A stretch of DNA of 64,000 bases from an uncultured virus (IMG/VR IMGVR_UViG_3300042363_000251) (taxonomy: Duplodnaviria; Heunggongvirae; Uroviricota; Caudoviricetes), in the IMG/VR virus record IMGVR_UViG_3300042363_000251; one strand, 5' to 3'. The notes under the pieces are model-generated. The model saw nothing but the letters and a program-made list of their open reading frames with translations. It searched no databases and was not told the DNA's origin. Positions 29,753 to 39,783 of this stretch are shown one piece after another (position 1 is the first letter of the stretch; the number at the start of each line of letters is the position of its first letter). The translations under genes and the position numbers were made by a program.

Positions 29753-29822
29753 AGTATAGCACATTCTACCCAAATGTCAAGCCTTTGGGTAAAATAAAAA
29801 CTCTTTATAAATCAACAACTTA
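29753..29822 (-). promoter_or_regulatory. Early promoter with palindromic operator and IHF site
   Basis: TTGACA-N16-TATACT; TACCCAAA-N9-TTTGGGTA; AATCAACAACTTA 29810-29822. Confidence 0.8.
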
Positions 29823-30028
29823 CTAAGGGGTGTAAGTAAGCTCCATTCCAAACTTGTTCCCTATATAGTGTTTTCCAGTATTCATCAGCACGATTTTCTC
29901 GTTGGCCAAGTATATAGTAATAGCTTTGTTCGTCATTTCTGCAACTTCTACTTCAACCTTTTTACCGGTATTGGTGTTAGTTACAGTAATAGTTTTGGGG
30001 CGGTTATCGCCAAACTTAGTATTAGGTC

Positions 30029-30457
30029 TCATAGTAGTTTACTCTCAATATCAGCTTCCCATAATGCTTTGGCGTCTTCTAAAGCATTGTGTAAAAGTTT
30101 GCTGTTCACGGCACTTAAATCTCTACGCACTTCACAAGTAAAATTAGGTATGTTCAACATAATACCCGGGCCAGTAATTATTGCCGCACAAAAGTGTGCG
30201 ATATCTTCAGGCCAATCCGCAATTAAGTGTAAACTAGTAAATTCGTTTAAGAATCCAAATAACTTCATTCTAAAGATATGCTCAGGTACAGGATCTTTGT
30301 TCAATATAGGCATAACATTTTGTGCTACCCAAGATTTTGGATTAGTACATTCTAAGACTTCATAAAATTCTGATCCATCCTCAGCCACTAATGCCATAGA
30401 AATAAGTTCACCCTTAAACTCGTTAAACTCTGTGTCAATATAAATTCTCACTTGCAA
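30029..30457 (-). CDS. DEDDh 3'-5' exonuclease-like protein
   Basis: IDTEF, LISMALV, HNALEDA. Confidence 0.8.
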   Translation of the reverse strand: MQVRIYIDTEFNEFKGELISMALVAEDGSEFYEVLECTNPKSWVAQNVMPILNKDPVPEHIFRMKLFGFLNEFTSLHLIADWPEDIAHFCAAIITGPGIMLNIPNFTCEVRRDLSAVNSKLLHNALEDAKALWEADIESKLL

Positions 30458-30822
30458 TCTACCTCAATGTTTCTAATCCATCGTTTCACACAATCAACAA
30501 GCACATGCTTTTGTGTGATGTTTTTGTATCCCAAAGGAGACCAATCATCCGTTTCTAGCATGGTTTTTACTGTACTATAGTCTAGAACAGGAATGCTTTC
30601 CTCACCTGCCATCCACATAGCCAAATACTGATCTTCTCTTTTTTCAGATTTATCTCCGCCCATTGAGTGCCAAAAGATATACCAATCGCTTATTTCAGCA
30701 TCTGGAGTTTTATTTTCTTTACACCACTTTTCAGTAGCTTCTAAACCGTCACCGATAAGAGCAATATATTCTTTATCAGTTAACTCACAGTTAATGATAC
30801 TACCCCAACGAACATAACTCAT
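30448..30822 (-). CDS. Hypothetical protein
   Basis: 124-aa ORF. Confidence 0.5.
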   Translation of the reverse strand: MSYVRWGSIINCELTDKEYIALIGDGLEATEKWCKENKTPDAEISDWYIFWHSMGGDKSEKREDQYLAMWMAGEESIPVLDYSTVKTMLETDDWSPLGYKNITQKHVLVDCVKRWIRNIEVDCK

Positions 30823-31165
30823 TTTAGTTTTTCTTCAGCTACTAATTTTTCATAGTCATGAAAAAGATTTTCAAACTTGATTTGGTATAATGTGAAAAGA
30901 CCTAGTAGAGCATTTTGCATTTCGTTTTCATCTTTATACAACCGTTCACAATGGTAAACTGCTTTTAAGTCATCAACAACTTGCCAGCATTCTTGTATCT
31001 TTTGTTCTAGGTCGAATTTATCCATTATGTGTTTCTTTTGCTTGTTGTTCATGATTGCGTCTAACGAATTCTTGATAGTCATACGCTTGTTGACTCAACC
31101 GATTACGAGACCTAACCCTTCGGTCTCGAAGTTTTAAATCAGTGGCAGTTGGCTTTTTAAAAAAG

Positions 31166-31537
31166 TTAATCAGTTTTTCTTTCATGTTTCTTCTCAAAGT
31201 TATTAATAGAGTTTTCTACTGCTTGAATCCAATTTTTAGCAGCTTGTGGTTTCAGTAAAATTTCATGCTCTTGTTTATTAAGACCAGTAAACAAAATACT
31301 AGCAGCTTGCTTAACGCGATCCCAAAAACTTTTCGGGAACTTGTTGTACATAGTCAAATAGAAGCTAACACTGATATCTGGAATATCGTCCCATTGTTTT
31401 TCTACTTCTATTCTAGTGTCTACCGCATGATTGTGACTAGTACATTCACACTCAATACGATAACATACTGAGTCACTAAATTCTTGTATTTTGGATATAC
31501 CTGTTGCTGGCTTTTCTGCTTTCATACCTAATCCCAA
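31166..31537 (-). CDS. Hypothetical protein
   Basis: CEC..H motif. Confidence 0.5.
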   Translation of the reverse strand: MGLGMKAEKPATGISKIQEFSDSVCYRIECECTSHNHAVDTRIEVEKQWDDIPDISVSFYLTMYNKFPKSFWDRVKQAASILFTGLNKQEHEILLKPQAAKNWIQAVENSINNFEKKHERKTD

Positions 31538-32262
31538 AGTCCTCTGTAGTGCTTAGCGAACAGTCTCAAACCATTTTGAATACGATCATTTACTTTTTTC
31601 ATACCTTCATGATCAATAGTGAAAGTATCGTTTTCACCTTTAATCATTTCATACAAACCGTCTTCGCGTTTTACTGTAAGAGTTTCGTGGTTGCCGGAGT
31701 AAAACTCATGTTCCCAATCATCGTCTACTAGCTTTTCAAAAGCCCAGATCATTTCATCAAGCGCGTAATCCCAACGCTTAAAATGGTTGTCGTCAGTATC
31801 CCAATCGTTTTCCTTTGCAGGGGCTGATGTACTCTTTAGTTCGTCAGGTACATCTTCATCGTCAACAAACGGTGCACCATGCGTAGTGTCTTTTAGTTGC
31901 TTAAGCATGGGCAAAATAATCATGCTTAAAGTATGATCAACGCTCCAAGTATCCCAGGGATCAATTTGAATCTTGATCACACGCTCACCTTGTAGTTTAG
32001 CTATTAGGCTCAAGGCGCCGCAGATTAGTTTAGAGACCCAAGTTTGCTTGCGTTCTTCTTTACCAAACATAGGTCTTTTTTCACCTACTTCAGGCTCAGA
32101 CTCTACATAACCATATGCTAGCCACTCGCCAAAGTCGTGTACCCAATCTGGCTTACGTTTGAAGCCGTATTCGTCTTTTACTGGCTTAGCCCAAAAGCAA
32201 AGAAGTTCTGCTAACTGATATGGCCCAAAGTAATCCTTGTACTTTCCTATTTTTATTTTCAT
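31528..32262 (-). CDS. Conserved T4-like-phage hypothetical protein
   Basis: IDPWDTWSVDHTL...HGAP...GLRLFAKHYRGLWD. Confidence 0.7.
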   Translation of the reverse strand: MKIKIGKYKDYFGPYQLAELLCFWAKPVKDEYGFKRKPDWVHDFGEWLAYGYVESEPEVGEKRPMFGKEERKQTWVSKLICGALSLIAKLQGERVIKIQIDPWDTWSVDHTLSMIILPMLKQLKDTTHGAPFVDDEDVPDELKSTSAPAKENDWDTDDNHFKRWDYALDEMIWAFEKLVDDDWEHEFYSGNHETLTVKREDGLYEMIKGENDTFTIDHEGMKKVNDRIQNGLRLFAKHYRGLWD

Positions 32263-32927
32263 TTAATCCCCGTTCTTACGTTGCTTAATCTAGTAGTTTC
32301 GTGTTTGGTATATTGATCAATAAATAGTGCCTTAACAATAGCATTAGCAGTTACTACACTATTAACACCAATTAGTCTTTTATTCTTAGTAGAGTATGTA
32401 ATCATTTTATTATCAGTAGTAATAGCAGTTATATAATGTCTTTCCCATTCTTCAGAATAATATGACTTTATAATCTTAAAGTTAACTTGTACTTTGTCGC
32501 CTTCTAAACCCACATAACTATGGTTACATTCTCTTACTTGTCTAAACTGTTCGTCTTTTAACTGTTCTCTGATTACAGCATGAGGTGCTGAGGCAATATA
32601 CGCAATATTTTTATCAGTAAGTTTTAACTCATCATCGGATGCCAAGTTGATCAGCTTTTTAAAATAGTCATGTAGCTTATCTTCAGATAGCATTTTAAAA
32701 AGCATACCTTTTAGATAATTGCGAACTTCTGTACCATCTTTAATACTTTGTTCACTGATTTTGTCAGTGTTGAATGCGTAAAATTGAATCAGTTCTCGGT
32801 TAGCTTGTTTACCCTGATGATCTTCTGAATATGTAATATCTTCAGGTTTTAAGTAACCGTTATTAATGCTAAGTGCCTGACAACTAGCACCCCAAATAAG
32901 TTCAACTGTGATATCAGGCATGTTCAT
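32259..32927 (-). CDS. Hypothetical protein with possible C-terminal OB-fold
   Basis: YVGLEGDKV...TRLSNV. Confidence 0.5.
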   Translation of the reverse strand: MNMPDITVELIWGASCQALSINNGYLKPEDITYSEDHQGKQANRELIQFYAFNTDKISEQSIKDGTEVRNYLKGMLFKMLSEDKLHDYFKKLINLASDDELKLTDKNIAYIASAPHAVIREQLKDEQFRQVRECNHSYVGLEGDKVQVNFKIIKSYYSEEWERHYITAITTDNKMITYSTKNKRLIGVNSVVTANAIVKALFIDQYTKHETTRLSNVRTGIK

Positions 32928-33335
32928 TTTGTTAGCCTAGTAGTGTATTAGATTCGTCTATGTGAACCAGTACTTTTTTCGCTTCTTGTTTAGCTATAGC
33001 GGAAATAAGCCTAAGTGCTTGATAAAGTTCTTTATCAGACTTGGGCTCTTTGATTTCTTTAACAGCAGCTTCCAAAACTCTTGCAATACGATCATTTACC
33101 ATCATGGTCTGCACCTCGTGATTTAAGCTTGACTTTGCTTTCTCTACGCAAAGCTTTGAAAGTCTTGCCATGCGCTACTGATTGCTTGTTAGAGCGTATC
33201 ATAGCTAATACAACATGATTTCTGGGTTTCATTTTCTTGTCGCTCATAATCTAATATATATGCTATTATAGCATAAACGGACAATAAGTCAAGCCTTTTT
33301 GCGAAATAAAACCTTAGTTAAAACAATAACTTACG

Positions 33336-33779
33336 TTAATTGACAGATAAAGTTACGGGGATCAAGCTTCCTACTACTGGGCTAAAGCTTCTGTACACGG
33401 TGTGATAGCTACCATTTACGTCAACTGTTACTTTGTACTGAGAAACTTGTTGTACAGTAAAGGGTTCACTCACGCATTGATTTCTAGTTACTGTTCTGTC
33501 ACCTGCTTGATTTTGCCCTATAGCTGCACCAGTTACAGCACCAACCGCTGTTGCGATATCTCTACCTGAGCCTCCGCCAACTTGATTACCAAGGGCTGCA
33601 CCAATTGCGCCACCTAGCAAAGTGCCGCCGATTGATCTGCGAGTTTCTGTTACAGGAGCGCATACTTCACGATGCTGAGTACTCGTGGTATACACCGGTT
33701 CAGTAGCAACTACTTTTGCATCAACAGCAAATACATTAAAACTTACCATTGCAAGTACTAAAAACAAAAACGCTTTCAT
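33336..33779 (-). CDS. Glycine-zipper 2TM exported protein
   Basis: Signal peptide; GGAIGAALGNQVGGGSGRDIATAVGAVTGAAIG. Confidence 0.85.
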   Translation of the reverse strand: MKAFLFLVLAMVSFNVFAVDAKVVATEPVYTTSTQHREVCAPVTETRRSIGGTLLGGAIGAALGNQVGGGSGRDIATAVGAVTGAAIGQNQAGDRTVTRNQCVSEPFTVQQVSQYKVTVDVNGSYHTVYRSFSPVVGSLIPVTLSVN

Positions 33780-34015
33780 GTCTATCTCCTATGTGTTATA
33801 CTATAGTACTATTTATTCTATCCAATATACAACTATTTTGGGTAATTATCTACCCCTACCAGTTCGCTTTACTACGCCCTGGCTTGAATGTCCTTTTTGC
33901 GGTTTTGGCTTATTACCTTTTTGATATGAATTATTGCTTGTTTTCATCTTGTTAAGCATTTCACCATAAACACTGTTTTTTACTACTTTTTTGTTTTCAT
34001 TGTCGCTCATACTAT

Positions 34016-34423
34016 TCACCTCACTGAGTCTAAGTATTCTTGTAGTGTACCGTATATGGTCATCCACATTGCTATTTTATCATCATAAATTATGATTTCA
34101 GGTTCTGTTTTTACATCTTTATTTAATTTGATAATATAAAAAGGACATTTTATCTTTTTACTTAAAGATAAGGTATAACTGTTAGGATTGTTTAAAATAC
34201 TAGTATAATCGGTTTTGTTTGTAAATAATGGAAACTTATAATGTGCTATATTAGCTTCTGTAAATGCTTCGTATCCGTCATCTTTCAACCTTAAGCTCTG
34301 CCCACCTCTGCCACTTACCCACCATTTGAACATTGATTGTTCAACCGTAAAACTACGATGTTTACTATGCTCAGGTAGTTCTTTAAATACAGCTTCAGTG
34401 ATTTCTAACTTGGTGTTACTCAT
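34016..34423 (-). CDS. Hypothetical protein
   Basis: ORF in a coupled run. Confidence 0.55.
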   Translation of the reverse strand: MSNTKLEITEAVFKELPEHSKHRSFTVEQSMFKWWVSGRGGQSLRLKDDGYEAFTEANIAHYKFPLFTNKTDYTSILNNPNSYTLSLSKKIKCPFYIIKLNKDVKTEPEIIIYDDKIAMWMTIYGTLQEYLDSVR

Positions 34424-34715
34424 CTGAATCGGGGTAAACTTGTCTACCAGAGTTCATAAAGACTACAGTGAACTTATTAGTTTTAAACTGCGTATTAAGC
34501 TTTTTACATAAGTTTCTTGCGTGACCTGGATTAGAAAAACTAGTTTTCTTGTATTTAGGTACCGTATCGTTAGACAAGTAATGTGAGGATTTTAAATTGA
34601 TAGGTTGACCATCTAACACAACAGCCCATATACCCGCAGCTTCTACGATTTGATCACATTTGTATGTTTGTTTGTCAACTATTTCCATTAATACTTTTGG
34701 TTGAGACCTGCTCAC
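34416..34715 (-). CDS. Conserved hypothetical protein
   Basis: KYKKTSFSNPGHA. Confidence 0.6.
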   Translation of the reverse strand: MSRSQPKVLMEIVDKQTYKCDQIVEAAGIWAVVLDGQPINLKSSHYLSNDTVPKYKKTSFSNPGHARNLCKKLNTQFKTNKFTVVFMNSGRQVYPDSDE

Positions 34716-34908
34716 TTAAACGACCCACCTGTTAGTTCTACTTGGATTACTTCGTCTTTCTTTTGTTCGCTTGTTAGTAGATGTAGGTCAGCTAACAGCT
34801 TTGCTATATCATCTCTTAAACCCCTAGCCTCTTGCATGGAAATTACTACATCTTTGTTTTGCTTTGATTCCATTGCAGATATTTTATCTATAAATCTTTT
34901 TATATGTA

Positions 34909-35367
34909 TCATCTACTATTTAGTACTTGATTTGCTTGGATTTCAGATGTAAATGGACCGTGATACTCATAACGCTGAATAAAGATGTATTTCGGGCAAA
35001 AAAGTACTTGTATGACACCGTTTTGATTTACAACAAACCATCCAGCAACATGAAAACATTTACTCTTAGGTGAAGTAGTGAATAAGTGCAGCTTTCGCTT
35101 AACATCCATTACTGAGTTATATACTTTATTAGTAGTTGGATACTCAGGATATGGATGATTTTGTTTAGATTTTAGATTTTTTATAGATTGAAAAATAATC
35201 TTGGTTTTTTGTTTGATATCGTCAGTACTAGCAAAATGCAAATTAGTACCATTTAATTTTACATCAAAGCCATTTTGGTCGGCAACAACGTTACCAACCT
35301 TTTTGTCACCGTCAGTGACAACCCAATACTGATTTTTTATAATAGGTTTTGCGATCAAGTCTGACAT
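34909..35367 (-). CDS. Hypothetical protein
   Basis: 152-aa ORF. Confidence 0.55.
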   Translation of the reverse strand: MSDLIAKPIIKNQYWVVTDGDKKVGNVVADQNGFDVKLNGTNLHFASTDDIKQKTKIIFQSIKNLKSKQNHPYPEYPTTNKVYNSVMDVKRKLHLFTTSPKSKCFHVAGWFVVNQNGVIQVLFCPKYIFIQRYEYHGPFTSEIQANQVLNSR

Positions 35368-35368
35368 A

Positions 35369-35830
35369 CTACTCCTTTTGTTGTTCTTTTGTTAATGCCC
35401 ATACTGTTATAAAGTGGTCATATGCTAATTTTACTGCAGGAACTTCAAACATCTTTTCTACTTCTTGTTCTAATGCTTTGATACCTGCTTTTGCTGCATC
35501 TGTCGCTGAAGCACCGTGAATCGCAAAATCTTGATCAGCAAAGCTTTGTTTAAGCTCTTGCCAAAGCTCACGCTGTCGTTCAGTAATAGGCTGTTGCTTT
35601 GGTTTGTATTCCATAGCTTTAACGATAGCACTACTCATACTATCTTCGGCGTACTTACCTGCTGCCAGCATTGGTGCAAACATGGGATCAACATCATACA
35701 TGTATGAAGTCGTACCCGGTCGACATACAACAAGAGTTGTTCCTTTAGGGAAAGCATCCATTAACTCTGAATCATACTCTTTTACTGGCTTGTAACGTTT
35801 ACCTACTTTTTCGTAAAATATTTTCTTCAT
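35369..35830 (-). CDS. Hypothetical protein
   Basis: 153-aa ORF. Confidence 0.55.
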   Translation of the reverse strand: MKKIFYEKVGKRYKPVKEYDSELMDAFPKGTTLVVCRPGTTSYMYDVDPMFAPMLAAGKYAEDSMSSAIVKAMEYKPKQQPITERQRELWQELKQSFADQDFAIHGASATDAAKAGIKALEQEVEKMFEVPAVKLAYDHFITVWALTKEQQKE

Positions 35831-36037
35831 GACTTTAACTCTTCCATCATTAATCGTTTAGACCGTTCGTTAAGTTCATGCTCTTCACGTTTAATCATAT
35901 GCGGAGCCATGATAGTAACATATTCTAAGATGGCTTCTTTACCCTCTTCAGTAAGATGACAATACTCTGAAGAGTAACTCTGGTAGTAAAAAGACTTGTC
36001 TTTCAAAATCTCCATCAATCCAGCATAAACTTGTTTC

Positions 36038-37048
36038 TCAAGCGGCGTTTTCATAAAGAGTACCTTTGTAAGGTGAATTCAACCAACGAGCATAAGTTTC
36101 AGCTTGTTCACTGATTTTGTTAAGCTCATATTTTCCTGCAAATTTCATAAAGTGAACACCAACCTGCGGTATGTGATCAAGCTTTACTGTATCATGAATA
36201 GTTGTATCAACTTGCTGTTTGATATCTTCAGGCTGTGCTGTTAAATCAATCAAGATACGGTTACGTTCGTAATCATCACGTACTCTACGTTCAACACCAA
36301 GATGATCTGTCCACTTTTGCAGCATCATGTTGTTCCAGTTAAAACCCTTCTTGTCACTGTCAGCAAATGCTTCTATCAAGCCAACTTTGTTTTTGCTACC
36401 TTTAGTTCTAACACCGGGATATGCTGAAAACACGTTATCAGTAGCATCACCGCGCATACACTTTTCAAACAAGATAAACTGTGGATCGTCTAGTCCTTTA
36501 TGCTGCTTAGTTTTCTTGTCAATCACTGGACGATCACGATCATCGTAGTAACCACTAAGTGTGATCAACTGATTAGTAATACCATTGTACTGCTTTACAT
36601 TTTCAGTAATCAGTTGAATAAAGTCAGTATCCGAAGAAACAATAATGTGTTGATCATTTGGATGCAAGTGAATGAAACGTGCAATGATATCATCTGCTTC
36701 AGCTACGGGATTTCTGATAACTGAACAGTTTGTTTTCTCACGCAAGTATACTGTCAGAGCCTCATAAGTATCCCAAAACATTTTGTTTTCTTCTACTTCG
36801 GATTCAGTCATTGCAGACTCATCAAGCTTTCTGTTAGCTTTATATGGCTTGTAGAAATCTTTACGCCAAGACCTGCCTTCTAAACAAAATACCACATGAT
36901 CAATACCATGTCGCTTTACAACTTGATTGACTGAAGCCAGTGTAAGATGTAGTGCCATACCAATCTTTTGCCAAGTATCGGCATTACGCGATGCTACGTG
37001 ACGGGCACGAAAGAAAGTGTTAGCAGTGTCTACAAGTGCGTATTTCAT
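36038..37048 (-). CDS. rnh: 5'-3' exonuclease / T4-type RNase H
   Basis: LVDTAN, WRKDFYKPYKANR, EADDII, SSDTDF, GDATDNV. Confidence 0.88.
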   Translation of the reverse strand: MKYALVDTANTFFRARHVASRNADTWQKIGMALHLTLASVNQVVKRHGIDHVVFCLEGRSWRKDFYKPYKANRKLDESAMTESEVEENKMFWDTYEALTVYLREKTNCSVIRNPVAEADDIIARFIHLHPNDQHIIVSSDTDFIQLITENVKQYNGITNQLITLSGYYDDRDRPVIDKKTKQHKGLDDPQFILFEKCMRGDATDNVFSAYPGVRTKGSKNKVGLIEAFADSDKKGFNWNNMMLQKWTDHLGVERRVRDDYERNRILIDLTAQPEDIKQQVDTTIHDTVKLDHIPQVGVHFMKFAGKYELNKISEQAETYARWLNSPYKGTLYENAA

Positions 37049-37143
37049 TTATTAATCCAAAGTTATAGTAAGTTTTTATATAGTAGCATATTTAAATATA
37101 ATAGCAAGATAAAAGGGCAAAAACAACACGAATAAGACAACCA

Positions 37144-37584
37144 CTACAAGAAAGTTTCTATAAAATCCCAGTATTCGGGCATAGACGGATCTCTGTATGG
37201 ATTACCTTTGTAACCATGCCATATTCTTGTTTTGTGCCCGGCACGATAATTTTTCACCGTAATTCCTTTTAGTTTTGAATGACCGTAACCATGCTCTTTT
37301 CGTATTCTTTCTTTGGTATCATCTTCCGGGTATTCAACCGCATTTATTCCTAGAATTTCGTAATGTTCCAGCGTATGAAGAGGATAATATGAATCGTCTT
37401 TTACCCATGATAAAAACCTATCATGGTCCGCACAATAAATAGCAGGGCGGTGTAACCAGTCACAGTATGTTTCTTTTATTATAAGTCTGCAATTCAAATG
37501 CTCTTTATTTTTTTGTAGTGTATTGAGTATAAAAAGTTCAATCTCAGATAAACCTTCTACCCATTTTTGTGTAACTCCTATCAT
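37144..37584 (-). CDS. Hypothetical protein
   Basis: 146-aa ORF. Confidence 0.5.
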   Translation of the reverse strand: MIGVTQKWVEGLSEIELFILNTLQKNKEHLNCRLIIKETYCDWLHRPAIYCADHDRFLSWVKDDSYYPLHTLEHYEILGINAVEYPEDDTKERIRKEHGYGHSKLKGITVKNYRAGHKTRIWHGYKGNPYRDPSMPEYWDFIETFL

Positions 37585-37594
37585 AATAAAATCT

Positions 37595-37707
37595 TCAACT
37601 CACCTCTGCCCGGCCATCGCCGATATTTTTAGTTTGAATTACTCGTATTTGGGATCGTATGTCCTAGTATGCTGGTTGATATTCATGCATTCTAACATTA
37701 CATTTTT
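37595..37707 (-). pseudogene. Decayed duplicate of the 3' end of the gene at 39340-39783
   Basis: Translates RVIQTKNIGDGRAEVS* vs RVIQTKDIGDGRTEVS*; upstream part has an in-frame TAG and a 1-nt deletion. Confidence 0.8.
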
Positions 37708-37747
37708 GTATCAGCAGGTATACTTATTTACCCACGTGATATGTTAC

Positions 37748-38755
37748 CTATAAATTATCAAGCCTAGAATATACTACAGTGTTATCGCTACTTTTTGCGT
37801 TTTTGTTAAGTGTTTGATTACTTTGTCTTTTACTACTTGCTACTGTAAGAATATCCGAAATTTGATATCCAAATTCTTTATGATACTTTTCAACATCAAC
37901 GTTCATATCACGATTTTTAACCTTTCCCACATTCCAGCAGCTAACTCCATTTTCATTAAGGTGAACTAATCCTAACCTAATAACTTCTCTCAAAAAATCG
38001 TCAGCCCAATCTTGATACGTAGACATGTTTTTAATACTTTGAGTATCTTCGTGTACATACACTTCTAAATCAAAATAGGGAGGACTGGTAAGCACCATAT
38101 CAACTTTAGGAATGTTATAACGTGACATATTTCTAGCATCATCACATATTAACGTGACCTTATCTTGGATTCCGAGAAAGTTTACAATCTTTATTAGATT
38201 GTTATATGTTGTAGTGTTTGGTTCAAACCCAATGTAGTTAGCACCATAGCTGACTGTACCTAACATTCTACCTCCCCAACCTGCACAAGGGTCTAAAACA
38301 TATTTAGGTTTGTATTTAATACATGTCAGTTTCATCATTTGAGGACGATACATTGTGTTTTTTGTCATACCACAGCAAAAGTAAATTCCCCGTTTTATCT
38401 CACTCAAATACGGAGTACTATGGCTCTTGCGGTTCCAACGTAAAATCTTTTCTAAGTTCTTAGCCGTCCATAGACTTTTGTAACTTGTGCCGGTTGCGCT
38501 CTCAATATCGTAAAAGTTGGGACAAAAGTGTTCGCTCAACTTCATACCTAGGCGACTAGTAGAATTGATACTATCTTCTGTAGTAGTCCAATCGCAAAGC
38601 TTTTTCCAATCCTTTCTCATATCTTCATCAGTATAAGAAAAGTAAAAACTAGTCTGCTCAAGTTCTAGGGCAAGCATGGGTAATGCTGCTTCAAAATCAG
38701 CATCACTCATGTTTCTAGTAGAATGTCGTTTGTTTAAAATATCACGTAAGAGCAT
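37748..38755 (-). CDS. Amino (N4-C/N6-A) DNA methyltransferase
   Basis: VLDPCAGWGGR (SAM-binding), TSPPYF (catalytic). Confidence 0.85.
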   Translation of the reverse strand: MLLRDILNKRHSTRNMSDADFEAALPMLALELEQTSFYFSYTDEDMRKDWKKLCDWTTTEDSINSTSRLGMKLSEHFCPNFYDIESATGTSYKSLWTAKNLEKILRWNRKSHSTPYLSEIKRGIYFCCGMTKNTMYRPQMMKLTCIKYKPKYVLDPCAGWGGRMLGTVSYGANYIGFEPNTTTYNNLIKIVNFLGIQDKVTLICDDARNMSRYNIPKVDMVLTSPPYFDLEVYVHEDTQSIKNMSTYQDWADDFLREVIRLGLVHLNENGVSCWNVGKVKNRDMNVDVEKYHKEFGYQISDILTVASSKRQSNQTLNKNAKSSDNTVVYSRLDNL

Positions 38756-39338
38756 TATATCTCTTTTTAAGCATATCAAAGTGCGGCTTAGATATGCTAT
38801 TTGTTTCGGCAATGAGATTTTCGTTTAGATACTTAATCTGCAAGCTATCATGATCATAATTCTTGTAACCGAATTCACATACTACTCTTTTGCCAATCCT
38901 GGCGCTATCAACTCTCGTCTTGAGTTTGGGCTTAATTACCTCGTACGGAATTTCAATGACATACAGGAATCTCCCTTCATGAAAACCGGCGCAAATAACA
39001 TCACACCCGTCCTTCTTATCCAGCAATTCATTTGTCATATCATTGAAATTGCCACTATTGGCACCGATCTTTTGACCTTCAACGATAAACTTAGGCTTAA
39101 CCTCTTTTTGCTTGCCTGTTAGAGGACAGTAGCCATCCATGCCATGCTTTTCCGTATATGAAGTATAATTTAGCATACGCAGTACCATTGCCTCTCTAAG
39201 CGTTGATGAATTATTATCACTTAGCATAGCCAACAACAAATTGCGATATCCTGGATCTAAATTTTCAAATACGCTATCATTTCCTAAGGCATATTGGATA
39301 GCAAGGTCAATATTTTCGTCTGAAAGTAAATTTTTCAT
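38742..39338 (-). CDS. Putative PD-(D/E)xK endonuclease
   Basis: REA...GMDGY...QKEVKP; overlaps the MTase start. Confidence 0.5.
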   Translation of the reverse strand: MKNLLSDENIDLAIQYALGNDSVFENLDPGYRNLLLAMLSDNNSSTLREAMVLRMLNYTSYTEKHGMDGYCPLTGKQKEVKPKFIVEGQKIGANSGNFNDMTNELLDKKDGCDVICAGFHEGRFLYVIEIPYEVIKPKLKTRVDSARIGKRVVCEFGYKNYDHDSLQIKYLNENLIAETNSISKPHFDMLKKRYNALT

Positions 39339-39339
39339 C

Positions 39340-39783
39340 TTAACTCACCTCTGTCCTTCCATCACCGATATCTTTAGTTTGAATTACTCGCATTTGTTGA
39401 GCGCGAGTGTCTGGATCTGCTTGTTGCTGTTCATACATTTCTAGTACTACGTTTCTGCATACTTGTGTAAACCAACGATCTACGATATCTGCATCAGTAT
39501 CGTCAGGTTTCATTTTGTACCCAGCTTTAATTAAGTTTAACACAAACTTATCGTTCCAGTCAAGATCAAATGAACCATTATTAATATCATTTGGATCAAC
39601 ATCAACTTTCAAAATATTGATATATGGGTCACCTTTTGCGGTTGCTTGTTCTTTTGCGCTTAGTGTGGGTTCAACTGGTTTAGGTTTTTTAGCTCTAGGC
39701 TTTGGTTCTTTAACAGGTTTTTCTACTGGCTGCTCTGGTTGTGCTTCAGCTTTCTTAAATAGATTTTTCAGTTTATCAAACAT
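39340..39783 (-). CDS. Conserved hypothetical phage protein
   Basis: GSFDLDWNDKFV...IVDRWF..VCRN; start MFDKL after AAGGAG. Confidence 0.7.
   Translation of the reverse strand: MFDKLKNLFKKAEAQPEQPVEKPVKEPKPRAKKPKPVEPTLSAKEQATAKGDPYINILKVDVDPNDINNGSFDLDWNDKFVLNLIKAGYKMKPDDTDADIVDRWFTQVCRNVVLEMYEQQQADPDTRAQQMRVIQTKDIGDGRTEVS

Noticed and set aside
31085..31160. Hairpin CGAGACC/GGTCTCG near GCCACTG, resembling a riboswitch fragment
   Set aside because: Lies in a 55-aa ORF (31018-31185, MKEKLINFFKK...) coupled to both neighbours; other cobalamin riboswitch elements absent
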